From Nemertoderma westbladi (Eukaryota; Animalia; Xenacoelomorpha): a DNA stretch of 64,000 nt. Below are positions 25,922-35,100 of this stretch, in pieces. Position 1 is the first letter of the stretch; every line of letters begins with the position of its first letter. The stretch covers positions 23,460 through 87,459 of the forward strand of contig JAUCBJ010000373.1 of the NCBI GenBank assembly GCA_032718475.1, read 5' to 3'. The notes beneath the pieces are model-generated. The model was not told the DNA's origin. It saw only the letters and a list, made by a program, of their open reading frames with translations, and did not search any database. The position numbers were made by a program, and so were the translations under genes.

Positions 25922-27096
25922 TTAGAAGGATAATTGAAGAATTATCAAAAAAGAAAGACAGGCATCTGGCTGTTATCTTTGTTGACTTCTTCAAGGCCTT
26001 TGATTCTGTCTCTCGCTCACGTATGTTCAGCATACTTTCATTATATGGGATTCCTGATGAAATTATTGCAGCAATCAGATCAGTATACGATGGTTCGACA
26101 ACATTTGTGTCTACTGTTGACGGTGACACAGAACCATTCGAAGTGTTATGGGGCGTCCTCCAAGGAGACACACTTGCACCATTCTTATTCATTATTGTGG
26201 TTGACTATGTTCTACGCATGTCCTTAGATCATCATAATGATGATGGGGTGATGATAACTCCACCTACTGGCTCCAGAAGTCGAGGAAATCCTGCCAAGTA
26301 CCTAACTGATCTAGACTTTGCTGATGACTTAGGAGTACTCTCAGAATCATTAGAGGGAGCCCAACGGCTCCTCAGCTCATTAGAACATGCTGCTTCTAGT
26401 GTTGGTCTTTTTATTAACTCCAGAAAGACCAAAATTCTGACAGTTAACTTTGAAAGTCCTCAGCAAGTCTCTGATCGGATGAGCATAAGCTCAAAGGATG
26501 GTATGCTTGAGCATGTCGACGACTTCTGTTACCTGGGATCATGGATCCGGAAGTCAGGTGAGGACCTTCGAATACGTAAGGGAAAGGCATGGGCAGCCTT
26601 GAATAGGCTTTCCAGGATTTGGAAGTCACCGAGAATTAATCGGAAACTTAAGGTCCGATTATTTAGAGCAGCAGTAGTTCCAGTACTCCTCTACGGGAGT
26701 CCATGCTGGGCTCTTACTGCTGAGGACACCAAATCTCTGGATGGCACATTCACAAGAATGCTACGCCGGGTTCATTGTGTCAAGTACAATGCACACATCT
26801 CCAACCAGACACTATATAACATTGGAGGTGTCTCATTGGTTCCCCCAAGCTTGACACTAGAACAAAATCGCCTCCGCTTTGCAGGACATTGCTTTCGCCG
26901 TGAGGACCAGCCAGTGCATAATCTTGTACTTTGGCAGCCTCATGGAGTGAATAAGCATGGTGGACAGCCCATGACTTTCTTGAGACGCATCTTAAAGGAC
27001 ACTGGTCTTAAATATGCGGATGATCTAGCAAATGTCATGGGTGATAGGGAGTTGTGGCGGTGCAATTTTGTTGACAAGCCGGCACAGCATTCTTAA
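25921..27096 (+). CDS. Reverse transcriptase ORF (C-terminal part) of the RTE-type element, no internal stops
   Basis: LRRIIEE...FVDFFKAFDSV, GVLQGDTLAPFLF, LDFADDL, FCYLGS and LRFAGHCFR are typical RTE-type RT motifs. No endonuclease is present because of the truncation. Confidence 0.9.
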   Translation, partial: LRRIIEELSKKKDRHLAVIFVDFFKAFDSVSRSRMFSILSLYGIPDEIIAAIRSVYDGSTTFVSTVDGDTEPFEVLWGVLQGDTLAPFLFIIVVDYVLRMSLDHHNDDGVMITPPTGSRSRGNPAKYLTDLDFADDLGVLSESLEGAQRLLSSLEHAASSVGLFINSRKTKILTVNFESPQQVSDRMSISSKDGMLEHVDDFCYLGSWIRKSGEDLRIRKGKAWAALNRLSRIWKSPRINRKLKVRLFRAAVVPVLLYGSPCWALTAEDTKSLDGTFTRMLRRVHCVKYNAHISNQTLYNIGGVSLVPPSLTLEQNRLRFAGHCFRREDQPVHNLVLWQPHGVNKHGGQPMTFLRRILKDTGLKYADDLANVMGDRELWRCNFVDKPAQHS

Positions 27097-27133
27097 AAAT
27101 GCAGCTGCAATGCAGCATGCCGATCCTAGTAGT
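25922..27133 (+). mobile_element. 5'-truncated RTE-clade non-LTR retrotransposon
   Basis: Begins mid-RT, ends in a short 3' UTR and a (TAG)n tail, and is flanked by TSD AGTAACCGGCCC (25910-25921 and 27134-27145). Confidence 0.88.
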
Positions 27134-27346
27134 AGTAACCGGCCCCCCTTCCCCATGTAACCGCCCCCTTCCCCCAGTAACCGGCCCCCTGCCCCCAGCA
27201 ACCACCCCCCCTTCCCCCAGTAACCGGCCCCCTGCCCCCAGCAACCACCCCCCCTTCCCCCAGTAACCGGCCCCCTGCCCCCAGTAACCGGCCCCCCTTC
27301 CCCATGTAACCGCCCCCTTGCCCCAGTACCCACCCCCCCCCCCCCA
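27134..27346. repeat. C-rich minisatellite, right part, abutting the UCHL5 stop codon
   Basis: Same unit as 25483-25921. Confidence 0.92.
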
Positions 27347-28327
27347 CTACGTCGGGGTGGCTTTCCGTTTCATCCCGCTATGTCTCTGTCTATCTCTTCC
27401 CTTATGGGCCGCCGTTTCATAGGTAGAAACCAGCAGCCCTTCCCCCGCGAGAACTTTAAGTAGCTGCACAATAAATGGCAGGTAGTTGTGTTTCCTACGG
27501 ACAGTCTCTCCCTTGTAACGCCTCCGTTTCTCCTCCTCCTCCCTAACTAACTCTTCCAACTCTCTCTTCCGCACCTCCCCAACGTCTCCCAACAGCTCCT
27601 CGTTGTATTTACTCAACCTATCAGTAACAACAGCGAGCAGATTGAACCTTATCTCGCTACTCGTGTACGACTTCATCCGTGTCTCTATGACCTCCCGCGC
27701 CCGGTCCATCCAACCAGCGTCCCCGTACTCCCCGTGGTCTACCGGGGTCGTCTGCAATCCGTCCAGCTCGTAAACCCGCCCGTCTATAGGAACAAACCCG
27801 ACGAAATGGAAGGAGTCTTCCTCCTCTAATCCTCGCTTATCCTCCAACTCGAACATTGTTTGTCGCGCGAAACTGTTGTGAACGTTTCTCACGCTACTGC
27901 AGTTACTCAATGCGAGACCGCGGGTGACGCAGTCGAAACTGCCGCTGAACTCCTTAAAGTTGCGGAGTTGGTCCCCCAGAAGGACACCCTTGTGGTCCAA
28001 GTTGAGGAGAATGTTTATCATTGCGATGGTCGCGCAAGCATTCGTGATTACTTGCCGCGCGAAGTATATATTACAGTATTTAGCGTCTAAATCCCCAAGT
28101 GCCATCTCTGTTGGTTCAGGCTTGGTCTCCTTCTTACCCTCCGATTTCTCTACTTTAAAGAGGAAGACCAGCCCCAATATGGGGTCTAAGTGTTTAATGG
28201 AAGATTCATCGAGTGTGTAAAGCTCTTCGACTTGAACCCCGACCACTCCGAATCCTGTAATAAGTTCGGTAAACACACCCGGGTCGCTCTCGATTAAACA
28301 CCAATCGCCGGCACTATTAGAGGCCAT
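27347..28327 (-). CDS. UCHL5: Ubiquitin C-terminal hydrolase L5 (UCH37), single exon, 326 aa
   Basis: WCLIESDPGVFTELI, catalytic Cys in QVITNACAT, His in FHFVGF, Asp in YELDGL, and the C-terminal ULD motif RRKHNYLPFIVQLLK. It lacks the long BAP1 insertion. Confidence 0.93.
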   Translation of the reverse strand: MASNSAGDWCLIESDPGVFTELITGFGVVGVQVEELYTLDESSIKHLDPILGLVFLFKVEKSEGKKETKPEPTEMALGDLDAKYCNIYFARQVITNACATIAMINILLNLDHKGVLLGDQLRNFKEFSGSFDCVTRGLALSNCSSVRNVHNSFARQTMFELEDKRGLEEEDSFHFVGFVPIDGRVYELDGLQTTPVDHGEYGDAGWMDRAREVIETRMKSYTSSEIRFNLLAVVTDRLSKYNEELLGDVGEVRKRELEELVREEEEKRRRYKGETVRRKHNYLPFIVQLLKVLAGEGLLVSTYETAAHKGRDRQRHSGMKRKATPT

Positions 28328-29744
28328 CGTCTAGCACTTAACTGTGTTGTACCGGTAGTTTAAATTCTTTACCTCAGAGAATAAGTCCAGCATTAATGAA
28401 AGGAAGGGACAAAATAAATTACAAACTTACCTACTGTTGGAAGTGCCTACCGTTGGAATTGGAATTATTTATTTGACAAACTAAGTAATATATACAAACA
28501 TATATAGATATATCGTCCCTTTCATTTTGAAATCACCTACCGGTACGCCAAATGTGGCATTTTCCACAAAACAACATTATTCATTTTAATTTCGTTTTGG
28601 AGTAAAATTAAATGGGTTTTGACATACCGGTATTGTTACTGTATTGGTATTGGCTGATTGGTTTGGTACCGGTATTGGTAATCTTACTTGTTATGAAATA
28701 AAAAAAAAAGACATTGTGTTTGAAAATATTCGAATCATGTCACATAGGCCTATTACGTAGGAAACTATGTTAGTACAGTAGTAGGTAAATTGCGGACCAG
28801 CAAGAAGTGCACTGCACACATGCAGTCAGGTAGGCCTACTTAAAGCTAAGTTAGCTGCCGCTAACTTTTGTCAAAGGCAGTGATTTTTTATGTCCTTTTA
28901 TTTGACTTTTTTGTCCTCCTTTTTTTACGAATTGTGCATAATGACTTTTGTTGTCCCTTTAATGACTTTTGTTGTCCTTTTAATGACTTTTTATGTATGT
29001 ATTTCTTCAAACTGTCAGACTGCTGATTTCTGGACTGTCAGACAGTTGATTTCAACATGCCTATGCCAAAACATTCAAAATTTGTTGATTTCGGGTCTGT
29101 CGGACAGTTGGTTTCACTATGCCTGTGCCAAAACATTCAAAATTCCATGATTTATCGACTATGGCAGGGTATAACTTTTCGCCGAATCCGTATCCGTATG
29201 CATTCGTCGTATTCGTATGCACATACGCGTATGCACATACGCGTATGCACATACGCGTATGCACATACGCGTATGTAATGGATTCCTGTGGAGAATAATC
29301 CGTATGTGATTTTATGTAAAGATTAGGCATTGCGGACCAGTAAGAAGTGCACAGCACACATGCTGACTGAAGACAGGTAATATAGGAAATATAGGTTTTC
29401 TTTTTGGAGTTATTACAGCCCTGGTGACTAACTGCGAAAACAAAACAGATGAATGCCCTAAAATCGGCTTGCCGCGGACTGAATGTTTTGAAGACAGGTA
29501 GGCCTACTTAAAAGCGATATGATTTAAAGAGTGCGGCTGCCGCTACCTAATGGAAAATAAACATCATAGGTCCAGGATGAGTGACATATGATGTCCTTAA
29601 TTAACCCCGGGATGCGCCACAGCCATAGTGCTTGTTTTATTGTACTAACTGACACCTGACCGCCCGGTTGGACTTAGATTAATTACTGGCACCCGGTTGG
29701 ACTCGCTGACACGTGGTTTGACTAACTGGCACTAGGTTGGACTT

Positions 29745-30317
29745 TGTAAGCGGATTCAATTCCGCCTCATGACCCTCATAAAATGGGATAGTGGCATTTT
29801 CAGCAATATGTTGGAGATACGAGATTAGCAATAAATAATCTCGTATCACAACCAACATCGGGGGACAGTACAAACCCCGAAGCCACACACAAAGGGAGGT
29901 TAGAGGTCAAACCACCTCGGAAGGGGACACAGCTAGCAGGGGCTAGCCACAGGGGGGAAACACTCCCAGAGAGTGCAAAGGCATGAAGTAGGTTATTAGC
30001 CAATAGGGGCGAAGGAGAGCATCCACTAGGTAGCAGGCCAAGGTACTGTAGGAGTGAAGTAATCATATATTATCTCCTACATACCGGTTTACCATTCAGT
30101 TACCAATTGTCAGTTTCAGTGCAGACCGGCATTATTGTATTACCATCATCACAGTGCTGTCATATGCTGTTATTCAGATTACTATTACCGGTTTATCATT
30201 CATACTGTGCTATCATTACGTATTATTATATATCAGAATGAAGGAACATCAAACTCAAACGTTTTCTCCACACTGCGTACAAACATAACCCAGTCGGGGT
30301 CCCTTGATCCCGTCACA
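29745..30317 (+). repeat. 5' LTR of BEL element 1
   Basis: TGTAAGCGG...CCCGTCACA, a direct repeat of 55259-55842 with a few percent substitutions and an 11-bp indel. Confidence 0.95.
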
Positions 30318-30689
30318 GTAAGACAATAGACCAACTGCCATCAAACTGTGACTGCAGAGACAGAGAAAGTAGAGAATAAAGATGAGTGATAGAGAGCCCC
30401 GAGATCCAGAGGGAGAGAGGACGCCGCCGCGGACCCCGGACGACAGCAACCAAACGATCCGTGAGGTCGCGACGAGACGGTATCGACCTGCGACACCGGA
30501 TTCGCCGACGAGGGACGATCCGGTACCCCAAGCGGAGGGCGGCCGTCAACCACGAGAGAGGTACGAGTCGACACACGACGGCGGTCGGAGTAGCGAAGTC
30601 GCCGGCCAGCCACAGGCCGAGGGCGACGGACGGCCCACCGGAACGGCGACAGTGGGGCCGCCGGTACAACGCCGAACGAGGAGAGGAGG

Positions 30690-31855
30690 TGTTCGCGCTT
30701 TCAGACCTTTAGCAGTTTAACGTGCCAAATTTGGATGTCTTCTAGATTGTAAATCGACTTTAGCCTATGACGAGTATTTGATACACTACATTAGCCGAAG
30801 CCAGTCTATGCGCGACCATTCACCCGCTGGATATACCCGGGAGACTGGATTCGGAAGCCTAACCTTATTGCGGTGTAGGCCTACTGTATTATTCGACTGA
30901 TCGTAATATATAATCTCTGACAAATATTATTCACTTTCGGGAAATATTAACAGTTCCTTTAGGACGTGGCGCTCTAAATATGTAAACAGAGTTATGACTT
31001 ACACTAGACACAACGGGATGGCTATGGATTCACGTATATAGCGCATTCTTTAGGAGATGCTTTGTTATCAGTCACAATCATGTACACTACCGCACAATGC
31101 TGCACACCGATCTGCCGACCTTCACTAATTTTAGTCACATATAAAGAGAACAACAACCAACTCATGTAGTGCCTATGAAATAGCATTAGATTCACTCCAA
31201 AACCACTTTAATTTAAGTCGCAATTGTTATATGTAACCGGTCTCTCTAACCTTCAGTATATCAAGAAGATTGGGGTTTCTGATTATTGATCAATATTATC
31301 CAAATATAATAATATTCCATCAACCGATATAATTAATGACCGACAGTAAATAGCAGTAAAAATGCGGTGTTTGTAGTTGACAATATGATTAGGTGAGTAG
31401 ATAACAGATATACGTTTCTATGATTAAGCCTACTAATGTTGGGCTAAAGCCTGAAACCACAGAGATTCCAAAGCCGGTCTTCTGGGCTCAGGAAAAAATG
31501 TAAACATTGACCCATAATGCATTGCGCGATTTCCCGGAGGTTTCTGTACAAAAAGCAGGAGAATCGCTCTGATTGGTTGACTGAACAAAGAAACAACAGA
31601 GAACAAGGAAAAAGCTACACGTGTACAGATCAGCTGTTAGCTGTCGTCATAGTAACTACACTTTATCAAGAGGATTTAGCGTATTGCGACATAGAATTGC
31701 TAGTTATGTCCGCTAAAGTACACATACAGAAGAAATGGCTTTTTATGTCCACTAAAACACCAGTACAGTAAGGAAACGGCTTTTGATGTCCGTTAAACCA
31801 ACTACAGAGTACTTTGCGGGGAAAATAACCAGCTAATTCCACAAAAGCTTTTACA
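30690..31855 (-). repeat. 3' LTR of BEL element 2
   Basis: Direct repeat of 46580-47745 (offset 15890), with about a dozen substitutions by eye. Confidence 0.95.
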
Positions 31856-34840
31856 CCGCTCCCAGAAAATGGGATTTAATTCTATAAAATATAAAAATCA
31901 CAGTTTCTAAAATATAAAAATACTCTAAACAGTTAGTCTTTCTTACGCGGACGGCGATTACGCAGTTTTTTGAGGCTAGCAAGAGTCCTTTTCTCTTTGG
32001 GGCGAGCCACTTTACTAGGAGGGCTATAACTCCTGGGTAAAGGGTGCAATACAATTGCATCGGAAGGTTTAGGGTTACGGTCGATGTCTCGTCCATTTCG
32101 ATATGCTTCTCCTCGAGCTGATTTTCCTCCGCTTATCGTTGGATGCGTTCGTCCAAAACTCTTGCAGAGAATAGGGTCGTCCAAGTTCGATATCTTCTTA
32201 GAGATTCTGAATTTCCTGATCGAACTGAGATAAAGTTAATTCGTTTACCGCTTGGACTTGCTGCTGCAATTTACGTTTCTCTAAACAATTGTAGGTTCAT
32301 TTTCCGATCTTTTGACGAATAGTGTCCAACGCGTTTCGTACAACTCTCTCCTCCGCCTCGGTGACAGGTTATATCGGGTTAAACAGGGACGATGATACGG
32401 TTGAATGGCGATATTAGATGTCCGCGTCCCAATCCGACTAGGTAAGATGGGCGAATATTTAGTGAGCCCACAACCGGAGTGCCACCGACTAACTGTTCGG
32501 GTAACACTAAATCTTTGAACAGTGAGTACAGTTCGGGAGGATCCGTGATACTATTAGGATCAAGAGTCTGAGGTCTAACTAGGGAATAAGGAGGTCTGAC
32601 CGAGTATCACGGAACTCTGATCATAGGTTTATTTAAGGATCGTTTGAGTCGAGCGAGCATAGGTTATACATCGAACAAGTTTCGCTCGAAACTCCCGTAA
32701 ATATAGCGAGTAAAACTGTATTTAAAGCAACGTCTCCGCGGATGTTTATGTCTTTCCGTTTGTTGGTTGGGTCTTGGGCATTCATCGCAATAATACCAAA
32801 GACGCACGTCTTGTAGGGGAAACGCGGGTGATATTTATTCGGTTTTACAACGTTTCTCTCAAGAATTCCAAATATACGTTGGAGTTACTGCGTTTATCCG
32901 GTTCTTTAACGTCTTCTCTTTCGAGTCGATTTCGAATAGAATTTTGCATTCGATTTTCAGTTTATCGTTCCGACTCCGCTGGGTAGGATATTTAAATAGT
33001 ACCATTTCCCTTTCGGTGTCGACATCGTCCGTATCGTGTAAATCGATAGGATGACCAGTAGTTAAGAAGTCCATATACGTACCATTACGATGCGTATAGT
33101 GAGCGGTGAATTTTCTATAGTCCAATTCACGCGTAAGTTGCTCTTGGGACATTAGCGGTTCGATATAACGACCATCGTCCTCCGTAGTAGTTGGACCAGC
33201 GTCGCCGCGTATCAAGCTATCAACAAACGCTTGTAAAGGTAGAGTATATCGCTCCCTGATACCAAGATCATCTTCTATCAACTCAGTCATATCTGCTATA
33301 TGAGTTTATCAATATTATAATGAGTTTATATTTAGGCTAGCGGGCGTCGCTGCCTACCCCTCTCGGCCCCCGGACAGCACAAGATCCTCAGCGCTGGTGT
33401 ACTTTCGCCAATGTGCCTATCGCCAACGTCGTAGCTGCACAACGACCACAACAACCAGCGCGAGTCACTCCACCGTCCGTCCCAAAGGCTTAGATTTACT
33501 TCAGGTTCTTACTGGAGAGTTAGGGCTACTTTCACAATTGCGACTCGCTACTGTAAACACACTTTAGTAGTAACATTCACCTATAAACGCACAAATTCCA
33601 CACAACTGTCACAAATCGCACACATTCGGGCCATTTGTCCGTTAGTCAGTGCCTTCCAGAATGCCACGTTATTATTGGGTATCCTGGGATACTAGCAGTG
33701 TGCTATTTATTCCCTATGCTATTCAATGGGGCAAGCCTTTATTGTTCTTTTAACTCACTTCTAATTCTAGCGTGGTTGTTGCCATGGTGCCATTATGGAA
33801 AGCTAGCAGTAGAATTAGAGTAATTCTCATGCATACAGATCTGGGATGCTATTTAATAGTAATTCTTTAATTGTCAATATTTCTCTTTATACATGATTTT
33901 ATGAATTTTATCGGCTATTGACTATATATTGGAGATTCTCGCATACTAATATACTTAATAGGGTGAATCTCCGCTCCCATGATCTACTAATTTATGGAAT
34001 TTTGGGAATGTTATAAATTGTATAAAAATGACAATTTATCAAATTTATTAAAAGATGAATTTAAATTTATTCCCGTAAATTTTATTATTTAATATTAAAT
34101 AGACACAATTTTATTCCAGAACATGTCTGGGGACTGGGATCCTTGATTCTAGGAAATTGATCTTTTTAAGAATATCGGTAAGTGTTACGATATCTTAATA
34201 GACTAGAATTTTAAAGGATCTAAAATTTGACAGATTTTGTAAATATTAATAATTAATATTTAGGATGGGCACCAGTTTATTCCAGAACTTGTCTGGGGAC
34301 GTTAACCACTGATTCTAGAATTTTGTCTTTCAAGTATATCGGTGGGTGCTGCGATATCTTAATCGACTAGAATTGCAGATGGTCAAAGGGTTTTACAGAT
34401 TTATTTTGCGTTATACGCTACTGTTAAAGGGACATCACGCTACTATATGTATTATTTAATATACGGTATGAGAGCAATATCGCACGAAGCAATGTCAGTG
34501 AGAAGAGGCAAGTCATTTCCAAGGTCTACCCAGAGCTTGGTTTAGCCAAGACACGAGGATCTGAATTTTACATTCCTAATACTCTACTTTACCAATAATA
34601 CTTGAATATAGTAGGAGCTTTATTGTACTTTAATAAGTACGGATATTTCATCTTACTGTAGTTACGTATTTGTAATGTAATACGGACAGTAAGGAAAGAG
34701 AAAAAGAATTATTTCTCGCCATTGCACTAAATATATAATATATAAGTAATTAAGTAATAAACGCGAATATATATTGCACTAATCTACTAAATAATCGCTA
34801 AAATAACATTCTACTAAATAAAATTAAAGAAAACGATTAT

Positions 34841-35100
34841 TGTGACGGGATCCAAGAAGGATCCCGGTTTATCCGGTTTGTCAATTCACGCGTCCCCGCC
34901 GTGTGTGGAAGATAAAAGAGTTTACGTTGTTCGTTGTATATAATGTTCGGGATATGTATAGTATAGATATAGATAATGGATAAGATAAATATTGTTGTAC
35001 GCGGAAGGCGGGAAACGGTAATTGAAATCCCGGTACTTCCCTAGCTAAACTACTGCTACTGTAACACCAATAACACTGAGATAACTGAATGAGATAACTG
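34841..35100 (-). mobile_element. Partial LTR (R-U5-like) of a third element related to element 1, fused to the integrase of element 2
   Basis: The minus strand ends ...GACGCGT...CGGGATCCTTCTTGGATCCCGTCACA, similar to the element 1 LTR end ...GACGCGT...CGGGGTCCCTTGATCCCGTCACA. No TSD. Confidence 0.65.

Noticed and set aside
25395-27347. Gly-rich minus-strand ORFs
   Set aside because: They are translations of the G-rich minisatellite and the antisense strand of the RT.
34829-34840. Self-priming complement for the third-family LTR fragment
   Set aside because: ATAATCGTTTTC has only weak partial pairing within 34841-35100, so it was not counted as support.
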